A stretch of 32,000 bases of DNA from Thermodesulfobacterium commune DSM 2178 (GCF_000734015.1 NZ_CP008796.1:240001-272000), one strand, 5' to 3'; counted from the first letter of the stretch, positions 17,079 through 24,350 are shown. Program-made: numbers and translations. Notes: generated by a model from the sequence alone, not told the origin.

Positions 17079-17297
17079 ATGGACAGGTTTTCAGAAAGTT
17101 ATAAAACAAAGGAGAGCGAGAATTATCTTACGTGTAAGTACTGTGGAGGAAAGGCGGTTTTAGAGGGCACCTGAGCTAAGGCTAAGGTAAGGTGTCTTAC
17201 CTGTGGTATAGAGAGGCCTGCAAAAGAATATGAGGAAGAAATCGAAAAACTAAAAGAGAACTGGATTTCAGGTTTCGGTTGTAAACTTTCAAAATAG
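17079..17297 (+). CDS. Small four-Cys zinc-ribbon ORF interrupted by an in-frame TGA at 17172-17174. It is either a candidate selenocysteine/readthrough gene or a pseudogene.
   Basis: Manual translation gives MDRFSESYKTKESENYLTCKYCGGKAVLEGT-TGA-AKAKVRCLTCGIERPAKEYEEEIEKLKENWISGFGCKLSK-TAG. The two CxxC knuckles lie on either side of the TGA. The ORF is not in the supplied track because each half is under 60 aa. Confidence 0.4.
17185..17202 (+). promoter_or_regulatory. SECIS-like hairpin downstream of the in-frame TGA
   Basis: AGGTAAG (17185-17191) pairs with CTTACCT (17196-17202) around the loop GTGT. The stem starts 10 nt after the TGA. Confidence 0.3.
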
Positions 17298-17306
17298 CTT
17301 TAAAAT
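17279..17306 (+). promoter_or_regulatory. Putative dnaX promoter, in leaderless geometry
   Basis: TTGTAA (17279-17284), 16 nt, then TAAAAT (17301-17306), then 7 nt (AGTAAAC) to the ATG at 17314. No SD is present. Confidence 0.45.
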
Positions 17307-17313
17307 AGTAAAC

Positions 17314-18828
17314 ATGTCTTATTTGGTTTTAGCCAGAAGGTATAGACCTCAGACTTTTAGTGAAGTAATCGGTCAAATCCATGTGGTTAAGACTATAGCT
17401 AATGCTATAAAATCTGGGAAACTTTCTCATGCCCTTTTATTTTCTGGTATCAAGGGAACAGGTAAGACCACGATAGCAAGGATTGTGGCCAAAGCTTTAA
17501 ACTGCTTAAACTTAATTGACGGTTACGAGCCCTGTAATCAGTGTCCTAATTGTTTGGAGATTAACCGCGGGGTTTTTGTAGACGTTATAGAGATAGATGC
17601 TGCCTCAAACAGAGGTATAGACCAGATCCGTGAAATCATAGAAAACTTTAAATATGCCCCTACCAGAGGTAAAGCGAAGGTCTATATCATTGACGAAGCC
17701 CATATGCTTACTAAAGAAGCTTCAAATGCCTTGCTTAAGTCCTTAGAAGAGCCTCCTTCTCACGTTTATTTTATCTTAGCTACCACAGAACCTAATAAAC
17801 TTTTACCTACCATACTTTCAAGATGTCAACGTTATGATTTTAGAAAGTTAGACCTTCCTCAGTTAATAAAGCATCTCAAGTCTATTTGTGAAAAAGAGAA
17901 CTATCAAATAGAAGAAGATGCCTTAAGGCTTATTGCTAAGGAAGCTCAAGGTAGCTTAAGAGATGCTCTATCGCTTTTAGATCAGGCTATGGCCTATGGT
18001 AGTCATACCAAAGAGGATATCATCCAGGCTTTTGGATGGCATGAAGCCCTTTTGGTAGAAGAGTTAGCCCGGGTATTGTTAGAAAAGAATCTTAAAAAAA
18101 CCTTAGAAGTAGCTCAAAAGATTTATGAACAAGGCACTGACTTAGTCTATCTTATGGAAAAACTTACTGAATTTTTTAGAGAACTTTTCTTGATGAAAGC
18201 CTTACCTCATGAAAAAACTCAGCCGTTCCAAAATCCTCAGCTTATGGAACTGGTTTTAGAGTATGAGTTGGAAGAAATCTTTTTGATTTTACAAAGTCTT
18301 ACCCGAGACCTTGAGGTTTTAAGAAGAAGTAGTTATCCTCAACTACAGTTTGAGTTAGCCTTGGTAAGGATTTGTGAACAAGCTAAATTGGTTCCGATAA
18401 ACAAACTTATAGAAAAACTTGAAAGCCTTCCTAACCTTACCTTTCGTCAGGTAAGCTCAGAACCTTTGGTAGCTGAAGTTGAAGAAAAAAAAGAGCCTCA
18501 GGTTTCCGATGAGAAAACCTGGCAAGAGTTTTTAGAAAAACTTAAAAGGGAACGTCCTCTTTTGTTTGGTCTTGCCAAAAGTTTACCTGACCCCTCTTTT
18601 GATGCCTCCCATATACGTTTAAGAGTTAAAACAACACTAAAAAATTCTCCACATTTTGAAGAACTTATAGAAAAGATTAAAGATTTTTTTAAAAAAACAG
18701 TAAACATAGAGGTTGAGCCTGTATCTCAACCTAAGGTTGAAGAAATAAAAGAAAGGCCTGAAGTAAAGGAGGTTTTGTCTATTTTTTCTGCTAAAATAGC
18801 TAACATTCAAATCTTAAACCAGGAGTAA
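17314..18828 (+). CDS. dnaX: DNA polymerase III subunit tau/gamma
   Basis: Begins LARRYRPQTFSEVIGQ, with a Walker A (GIKGTGKTT), a zinc module (CLNLIDGYEPCNQCPNC), DEAHML and an SRC motif (LSRCQRYDF). Confidence 0.95.
   Translation: MSYLVLARRYRPQTFSEVIGQIHVVKTIANAIKSGKLSHALLFSGIKGTGKTTIARIVAKALNCLNLIDGYEPCNQCPNCLEINRGVFVDVIEIDAASNRGIDQIREIIENFKYAPTRGKAKVYIIDEAHMLTKEASNALLKSLEEPPSHVYFILATTEPNKLLPTILSRCQRYDFRKLDLPQLIKHLKSICEKENYQIEEDALRLIAKEAQGSLRDALSLLDQAMAYGSHTKEDIIQAFGWHEALLVEELARVLLEKNLKKTLEVAQKIYEQGTDLVYLMEKLTEFFRELFLMKALPHEKTQPFQNPQLMELVLEYELEEIFLILQSLTRDLEVLRRSSYPQLQFELALVRICEQAKLVPINKLIEKLESLPNLTFRQVSSEPLVAEVEEKKEPQVSDEKTWQEFLEKLKRERPLLFGLAKSLPDPSFDASHIRLRVKTTLKNSPHFEELIEKIKDFFKKTVNIEVEPVSQPKVEEIKERPEVKEVLSIFSAKIANIQILNQE
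18486..18521 (+). promoter_or_regulatory. Candidate dnaX recoding cassette made of a slippery A run and a 3' hairpin
   Basis: The zero frame reads A AAA AAA (18486-18492). After a 6-nt spacer comes the stem CAGGTTT (18499-18505) paired with AAACCTG (18515-18521). The -1 frame stops at a TGA at 18510-18512. Confidence 0.35.
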
Positions 18829-18832
18829 AGGT

Positions 18833-19171
18833 ATGAAGCTACCACCCCAATTACAACAAATGATGAAAGAAATTCAAAAGATGCAAAAGAAACTTGAAGA
18901 GGCTCAAAAGTTACTTGAAGAAAAGACGGTTACTGTACAGGTAGGTGGAGGTATGGTAACCGTTACTGCTAACGGAAAACAAGAAATCCTTTCTATAGAA
19001 ATAGAAAAAGAACTTTTAAACCCAGAAGAAAAAGAGATGTTAGAAGATTTGGTTTTAGCCGGAGTAAACGAAGCCTTAAGAAAAGCTAAAGAAATGGTAG
19101 AAGAAGAAATGGCAAAGATTACCGGTGGCTTGAAGTTACCAGGAGGTTTCAACCTTCCTGGATTATTTTAG
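18833..19171 (+). CDS. ybaB: Nucleoid-associated protein YbaB/EbfC
   Basis: 112 aa with the motifs (MMKEIQKMQKKLEEAQ, GGGMVTVTANG, AGVNEAL) and the conserved dnaX-ybaB-recR synteny. Confidence 0.92.
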   Translation: MKLPPQLQQMMKEIQKMQKKLEEAQKLLEEKTVTVQVGGGMVTVTANGKQEILSIEIEKELLNPEEKEMLEDLVLAGVNEALRKAKEMVEEEMAKITGGLKLPGGFNLPGLF

Positions 19172-19176
19172 ACGTT

Positions 19177-19785
19177 ATGTCAGTTGGTTATCCACTTACT
19201 TTAAGAAGACTTATAGAATCTCTTTCTAAAATTCCAGGGATAGGGGAAAAAAGTGCTACCCGGATTGCCTTATTCTTGTTATCAAAGCCTGAGTTCTGTG
19301 AAACCTTAGGTGATTTAATAAAAGAACTTCCTTATAAGGTAAGATTGTGTAAGTTTTGCAGAAATCTTTCTGAAGAAGAGATATGTAAAATCTGTAATGA
19401 TGATACCCGAGAGGCTAAATCTCTTTGTATCGTAGAAAATCCGGTTAACCTTTTTCACATAGAAAATACAGGTATATATAAAGGATATTATTTTGTGTTA
19501 CACTATCTTCTATCCCCTAAAGATGGAATAGGTCCTAAAGAGATAGAAATGGATAAACTTCTTTCTTTGATAAGAAAAAGAGGAGTTGAAGAGGTTATTT
19601 TTGCTCTTTCTCCAACCTTAGGGGGAGAAGCCACCATAAGCTACATCTTACAGGTGCTGAAAGACTATCCTATAAAGGTTAGCAGGTTAGCCTGTGGTGT
19701 ACCTATGGGTATGGATTTACAGTTTGTAGACCCTTTAACCCTTAAAAGAGCACTGCTTGCAAGGGAGCTTTTGAAAGAACAATGA
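19177..19785 (+). CDS. recR: Recombination protein RecR
   Basis: Helix-hairpin-helix (LSKIPGIGEKSATRIA), a C4 zinc finger (CKFCRNLSEEEICKIC) and a Toprim region. Confidence 0.95.
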   Translation: MSVGYPLTLRRLIESLSKIPGIGEKSATRIALFLLSKPEFCETLGDLIKELPYKVRLCKFCRNLSEEEICKICNDDTREAKSLCIVENPVNLFHIENTGIYKGYYFVLHYLLSPKDGIGPKEIEMDKLLSLIRKRGVEEVIFALSPTLGGEATISYILQVLKDYPIKVSRLACGVPMGMDLQFVDPLTLKRALLARELLKEQ

Positions 19786-20375
19786 AAGAAGATCTTTTTT
19801 TCTGCAAAACTTTGGCCTTAGGAAGTTTAACCCAAGGTTATTTTCATAATCTCAGAGGAATATTGCAAGGGGCTTTTTTAGAACTTCAGATACTTTTGAT
19901 GAAAAAAGACGCGTTATCCTCAGAAGAATTAACCGTAAGGTTGGAAAAGGTTTTTAGCCTTCTTAAAAAACTTTTGCAACGTTTAGACATAGCCTATGCA
20001 GACATAAACGATACTTCATTAGGACCAAGGGACTTAAAAGCTTTGTTAGAAGAGACTTTAGGTTTTTGGGAAGCAGATTTAGTTTTCAAACATAACGTCT
20101 TAAAAGAGGTGGTAGAAGAAGAAAAGGGCGAGGTAAGGCTTCCTAATAACCTTGTAAAAGGTTTGTTTTGTGGGATTGGTGAGCTTTTATTTTTGAACTT
20201 AAAACAAGGTAAACTTGTGATTACCATCAAAGGGAAATCAGTTGAGTTTAACTGGGATAAACCTTTAGAACTCGAAATTTTAGAACGCCTTAAAGCGTTT
20301 TTAGAAAGTTTTTCCTCTTTTATAGATTTTAAGCTTTCCAGGCAAAACTTGACCTTAAGGTTTATGGATGGATAA
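19782..20375 (+). CDS. Hypothetical protein with a histidine-kinase-like DHp H-box but no recognisable ATP-binding boxes
   Basis: 197 aa. LALGSLTQGYFHNLRGILQG resembles the HK H-box pattern LGxLxxGxxHxhxxxL. I found no N, G1 or G2 boxes downstream. Its start overlaps the recR stop (ATGA) and its stop overlaps the dprA start. Confidence 0.55.
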   Translation: MKEDLFFCKTLALGSLTQGYFHNLRGILQGAFLELQILLMKKDALSSEELTVRLEKVFSLLKKLLQRLDIAYADINDTSLGPRDLKALLEETLGFWEADLVFKHNVLKEVVEEEKGEVRLPNNLVKGLFCGIGELLFLNLKQGKLVITIKGKSVEFNWDKPLELEILERLKAFLESFSSFIDFKLSRQNLTLRFMDG

Positions 20376-21423
20376 AAAGATCCTTTGGCTTGGTTTTTAT
20401 CTTAAAGAAAAAAACGTCTTAAAAACCGTAAAATTTTTTGAGGAAAACATCCCTTTAGAGGAAATTTTATCTTATAAAAAATACAAAGTTAAAGAAATAG
20501 AGATTTTAGGTCTTAAAGAGTTTGAAAAGGCAGAAAAATTAGGAATAAAGATTCTTTTTAGAGAGGACAAAGAGTTCCCAGAAAAAATTAAACTTATCCC
20601 TTATGCTCCTATTTTTCTTTATGTAAAGGGTAATCTTGAGAAAATAAGTCCTTCGGTTGGGGTAATCGGATCAAGGAGGCCTACTAACTATGGAAAAGAG
20701 GTAGCCTATAAGTTTTCTAAAAGGCTTGCAGAGGCAGGTGTAGTCGTGGTATCTGGTCTTGCACGGGGGATCGATACGATAGCACATAAGGTGTGTTTAG
20801 AGGTTGAGGGTAAAACGATAGCAATATTAGGCTCAGGTTTAGATGTGGTGTACCCTCCTGAAAATAAACCTTTATTCGATAAAATTTCTGATGGATATGG
20901 AGCTGTAGTCTCAGAGTTTCCTTTTGGCACCTCTCCAAGAAAAGAAAATTTTCCCACAAGAAACCGACTGATAAGTGGTTTTTCAGAGGCTATTTTGGTT
21001 GTAGAAGCCGGGAAGAGGAGCGGAACCCTTATCACCGCTAAATGGGCTTTAAATCAGGGCAAAGAAGTGTTTGCTGTTCCAGGGAGTATCTTTTCTCCTC
21101 AAAGTGAAGGTACCCATTTTCTCATAAAATCAGGGGCTCAACCAGTTTTTTCTCCAGAAGAATTGTTAGAATTTTTGGGAGTACAAGAAAAGGATAAAAT
21201 TCCTAACCTGTTTGATTTTGGTCAAGCTGAGGCAACTCAAGAAAAACTAACCAAAGAGGAAAAAGAGGTGTTATCTTTTCTTTCATCTTATCCTATCCAC
21301 TTAGAGGACCTTCTTTTGCAAACCGACCTTCCTGCATCTGAGGTTTTGTCAGCCATCACAGAACTTGAGTTTAAAGGAATAGTCCAGGTTTTACCAGGTA
21401 ATTTTATAAAACTTAAAGGTTAA
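20368..21423 (+). CDS. dprA: DNA processing protein DprA (Smf)
   Basis: Rossmann-like DprA core (VGVIGSRRPTNYG, SGLARGIDTIAH, GSGLDVVYPPEN, FPTRNRLISG) plus a C-terminal winged-helix-like domain. Confidence 0.92.
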   Translation: MDKKILWLGFYLKEKNVLKTVKFFEENIPLEEILSYKKYKVKEIEILGLKEFEKAEKLGIKILFREDKEFPEKIKLIPYAPIFLYVKGNLEKISPSVGVIGSRRPTNYGKEVAYKFSKRLAEAGVVVVSGLARGIDTIAHKVCLEVEGKTIAILGSGLDVVYPPENKPLFDKISDGYGAVVSEFPFGTSPRKENFPTRNRLISGFSEAILVVEAGKRSGTLITAKWALNQGKEVFAVPGSIFSPQSEGTHFLIKSGAQPVFSPEELLEFLGVQEKDKIPNLFDFGQAEATQEKLTKEEKEVLSFLSSYPIHLEDLLLQTDLPASEVLSAITELEFKGIVQVLPGNFIKLKG

Positions 21424-22678
21424 ACAAATCTTTTATCAGGTTTTCAGTATCTTTAAGGTTTAACCGTAAAAAGATTTTCTCTAAAAGCTTTTCCATATCT
21501 TCTAAGATGGCTTTTTTTACTCCTAAATCAAGGTCCCACCACTCTTTTTTAAAGGCACCAAACCCTTTTTTTCTGATTTTATAGATAAACTGTGCCTCTG
21601 ACATTCCTTCTTTCCATTCCTGTTTGAAGTTGTCTTTAAGATACTGATAGATTGTTTGTCTAAACTCAGAGGGAAGGGCTGGATGATCGTAAAGCAGGTT
21701 TTGGAAGCCGGTTGCTAAGTGAACTTCTACACATTCGTTTTCTGGGAAAAGACTAAAGTATTCTTCAGGTAAGGTAGAGGCTCCATGCTGGACGGCTCCT
21801 GCAAGCCCAAACTCTTCTCTGGCTATCTTAGAAAGCTCTCTTAACGTATTGAAATCAAGTTTGATTTCAGCTATTTTCCCATCAGGTAATACCACCCCAC
21901 CATGGGTGGTGCCTGTCTGGACACTAATCTTAGAGATTCCCTCTCCCTTTTTTAAACTCTGATTTAACCCTTTCATAAAGGCTCTTAGTTCTTCTGGGGT
22001 GCTGTTTTTACTTCCTATCTCTCCGATTTCTCCTCCCAAGGTTACTTTAATCCCGTTAGGTTCGTTTTCTCTTACAAAGTCACAAAACTCTGCGGTTACT
22101 TCATAGTTGTATCTCTGTTGTTCAAACACATCCTCTTTTTCTAAGTCTACCAACGTTGAAGCATCTATGTCTATGTTATAGAACTGGGCTGATATAGCCT
22201 CTTTTATCAGGTTTTTAAGATTTTCTTTTTCTCTTTCAGGGTTTGCAAAGAAGGATTTTCTGTTAAGTTGAAAATGGTCTCCCTGGATAAAGATCGGCAG
22301 ACGATAGTTTTCTCTAAAAGCAGCGGCTAAAATTACGGTAGCATACTCTAACGGAGGTTGTTTGGTATACCCTATTTCAGACTTAGCTATCTCAAAGATA
22401 AAAGCTCCGGCTTTAAGTCTTTTGGCTGTTCTAAAGATACTCCTTGCGATATCATAAGTCATCCCTCGAATGTTTATCGCAGGAACGGTAAACCCAAGAA
22501 ATTTTTTCGAAAATTCCCTATATAAGGGATAAATGCTATAACCACGAAACCCTAAATCATTTAGTGTTTCATGTAATACATTTAAAAGACCTCTTTTTTC
22601 AAACACCGCTTGATAAACTAAACGATCTATAGTTTCTGGATTTTGTTGAAGTTGAGCCAAAATTTCAGCTTTTTCCAT
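21413..22678 (-). CDS. Class II fructose/ketose-bisphosphate aldolase family protein, long form
   Basis: 421 aa with class II aldolase metal and substrate motifs (IFIQGDHFQ, GGEIGEIG, VQTGTTHGG, AVQHGAST). Confidence 0.82.
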   Translation of the reverse strand: MEKAEILAQLQQNPETIDRLVYQAVFEKRGLLNVLHETLNDLGFRGYSIYPLYREFSKKFLGFTVPAINIRGMTYDIARSIFRTAKRLKAGAFIFEIAKSEIGYTKQPPLEYATVILAAAFRENYRLPIFIQGDHFQLNRKSFFANPEREKENLKNLIKEAISAQFYNIDIDASTLVDLEKEDVFEQQRYNYEVTAEFCDFVRENEPNGIKVTLGGEIGEIGSKNSTPEELRAFMKGLNQSLKKGEGISKISVQTGTTHGGVVLPDGKIAEIKLDFNTLRELSKIAREEFGLAGAVQHGASTLPEEYFSLFPENECVEVHLATGFQNLLYDHPALPSEFRQTIYQYLKDNFKQEWKEGMSEAQFIYKIRKKGFGAFKKEWWDLDLGVKKAILEDMEKLLEKIFLRLNLKDTENLIKDLFNL

Positions 22679-22798
22679 TAACCCCCCTTCTTTTACACTT
22701 GACCCAATTTTTCTAAATCTTCACTTTTAAATTAAACATAAAAAGTAATTTTTACAACCTAAAGTTTATTAAGGCATACACTGTACTAAAAATCAAAG

Positions 22799-22826
22799 TT
22801 GCAAAAACCATAAAGGAGAATAAAAT
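22799..22826 (+). promoter_or_regulatory. Putative promoter of the 139-aa ORF, in leaderless geometry
   Basis: TTGCAA (22799-22804), 16 nt, then TAAAAT (22821-22826), then 6 nt (ATTTAT) to the ATG at 22833. The only SD-like AAGGAG lies inside the spacer, 14 nt from the ATG. Confidence 0.4.
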
Positions 22827-22832
22827 ATTTAT

Positions 22833-23252
22833 ATGAGAGAACAACCTGTAGGTAAACAACCTGTACTTTTTCAGCTGCAGACAGGCCTTTTTTTAGGTAT
22901 CGTTTGTTATAATCCTCTTTTTGAAAGCATCCAGTTTGTGTTAGAAAAAAAGGAGTTTTTTGAGGTAGAATGGCCTGCTTTGGTTAACTTTGATAAAACA
23001 GGACTTTATCCTTATTTAATTGGGATACCTACGATTACTTTACAGAGGATTCATATAGTTTGGTATACCCTTGAGATACCTAAGACTCTTTTAAGCCTTT
23101 ATCAACAAGCAGTTCCTATTAAGTTTACCGAACCTTCATTTTCTTTCAGCCAAAAAAAAGAAATCCCCAAAAAACCAGAAAAAAAAGAACCTGAAGAAAA
23201 GGTTATCCCATTTCCAGGTAAAAAAGAAGAACAAGAAGAACCAGAAAATTAG
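22833..23252 (+). CDS. Hypothetical protein with a K/E/P-rich C-terminal tail
   Basis: 139-aa ORF from no family I recognise. Its promoter-like elements are precisely positioned. Its stop overlaps the stop of the convergent gene. Confidence 0.5.
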   Translation: MREQPVGKQPVLFQLQTGLFLGIVCYNPLFESIQFVLEKKEFFEVEWPALVNFDKTGLYPYLIGIPTITLQRIHIVWYTLEIPKTLLSLYQQAVPIKFTEPSFSFSQKKEIPKKPEKKEPEEKVIPFPGKKEEQEEPEN

Positions 23253-24112
23253 AATTTAAAAGCTTCTTTTATAATGTTAAAACTTTTAATCCCTTCTTTT
23301 AAGATTAGATAAAACAACAAGAAAAGTATTGAAAATTGTATCTTTCCCCAAAAGATAACTTCAAGTATTCCCGCTAAAGATAACAAGGAAAATCCTAAAA
23401 AAGTAAATCGTTTTTCTTTTTTTTCTGTCTCTAATTTGTTAACACCTTTTAAAAATAACATCCCTATAAGAAAGGGTACCACCCAGAAAAAGTTTTCTGT
23501 AAACGGAAAAAATAACAATAACAACAAAGGACAAAAAACCTCATAGAGCAGTTTATTTTGAAATTGTTTTTGAAAAATATAATTTAACTTATTAATAGTA
23601 CGTAAAATATATTTTAAACCACTAAGGTAAGAAAGAAGTACTGCTATCCAAACAAGTATTTCTACTAAGGTAGGGTTTAGGGCAGGATAGAGGGTTTTAG
23701 CAAATATTACCCCTACAGCTAAGGACATCTGGAAGAAAGTTTTAAATTTAGCTATCAGATTAACTTTCATGGTTTGAGGAAGTATACTTCTTAAAAAAGA
23801 GATTAGAATTTCTCTCAGCAGAAGAAAAAAGACAGGTAAAAAAGGGAAATAGTCTAGTTTTACCATGATAAGATAGATGGTAGTTACAAAGATTTTATCG
23901 GCTATCGGGTCAAGAAGGGCACCAAGTTTTGAGGTTTGGTTATATTTTCTGGCTAAGAGGCCGTCAAAATAATCGGTTAGAGAAAGAAATAACAACAAAC
24001 TTATGGCCATTAATTTAGCGATCGATGAGTTTATAAAAAGAAGTAGGCAAGGAACAGGTAAACATACCACCCTTAACAAGGTAAGAAGGTTAGGATTTAT
24101 TCTGTTGGTCAT
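23249..24112 (-). CDS. CDP-alcohol phosphatidyltransferase family protein (PgsA-like) with an extra C-terminal membrane domain
   Basis: The signature DYFDGLLARKYNQTSKLGALLDPIADK matches DGx2ARx8Gx3Dx3D. At 287 aa, the protein has about 100 aa of additional hydrophobic helices after the usual domain. Confidence 0.85.
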   Translation of the reverse strand: MTNRINPNLLTLLRVVCLPVPCLLLFINSSIAKLMAISLLLFLSLTDYFDGLLARKYNQTSKLGALLDPIADKIFVTTIYLIMVKLDYFPFLPVFFLLLREILISFLRSILPQTMKVNLIAKFKTFFQMSLAVGVIFAKTLYPALNPTLVEILVWIAVLLSYLSGLKYILRTINKLNYIFQKQFQNKLLYEVFCPLLLLLFFPFTENFFWVVPFLIGMLFLKGVNKLETEKKEKRFTFLGFSLLSLAGILEVIFWGKIQFSILFLLFYLILKEGIKSFNIIKEAFKF

Positions 24113-24227
24113 GGTTTTGATGTATTTAAATACTTGTTATGTTTTTATGATTTTTGATTATACTACAAGTTCTGATAGTTTACATCAAAACTTTGTTGGA
24201 TTTTAAGGTAAAGTTTTGGTTAGGCTA

Positions 24228-24255
24228 TTGAATTTTCTATAGGGTATACTATAAT
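24228..24255 (+). promoter_or_regulatory. Putative strong sigma70-type promoter upstream of tRNA-His and rplS
   Basis: TTGAAT (24228-24233), 16 nt, then TATAAT (24250-24255). The tRNA starts about 20 nt downstream. Confidence 0.55.
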
Positions 24256-24274
24256 ATTACTTTAACTTTAAGGT

Positions 24275-24350
24275 GGAGGCCGTAGCTCAATGGTAGAGCA
24301 CCGGGCTGTGGCCCCGGGTGTTGCGGGTTCGAGTCCCGTCGGCCTCCCCA
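24275..24350 (+). tRNA. tRNA-His (anticodon GTG) with encoded G-1 and 3' CCA
   Basis: Manual cloverleaf fold. The acceptor GAGGCCG pairs with CGGCCTC. The D arm is GCTC-AATGGTA-GAGC. The anticodon arm is CCGGG-CTGTGGC-CCCGG, with GTG at positions 34-36. The T arm is GCGGG-TTCGAGT-CCCGT. An extra 5' G (24275) opposes discriminator C, which is the His identity element. CCA is encoded at 24348-24350. Confidence 0.93.

Noticed and set aside
17073-17313. SRP RNA (ffs/scr), which lies immediately upstream of dnaX in many bacteria
   Set aside because: I could not find the conserved domain IV signature (a GGAA-type tetraloop flanked by AGGUC...GAAGCAGC-like arms). The segment reads as a coherent coding frame instead.
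18094-18697. Other A7 runs in dnaX (18094-18100 and 18691-18697) as alternative slippage sites
   Set aside because: The first lies within the region expected to be clamp-loader domain III, and the second is about 40 codons from the C-terminus. Neither would give a gamma-like product. I did not find the slippery-heptamer-plus-spaced-hairpin arrangement there.
20706-21035. Two overlapping minus-strand ORFs of 109 and 80 aa
   Set aside because: They are antisense shadows inside dprA.
24003-24206. A 67-aa plus-strand ORF
   Set aside because: It overlaps the 5' end of the phosphatidyltransferase gene on the opposite strand and runs into its promoter region. It has no RBS and no recognisable sequence.
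24275-24350. tRNA-His as an integration site for a genomic island
   Set aside because: The flanking genes are core housekeeping genes (a lipid synthase and rplS). There is no integrase and no direct repeat of the tRNA 3' end downstream.
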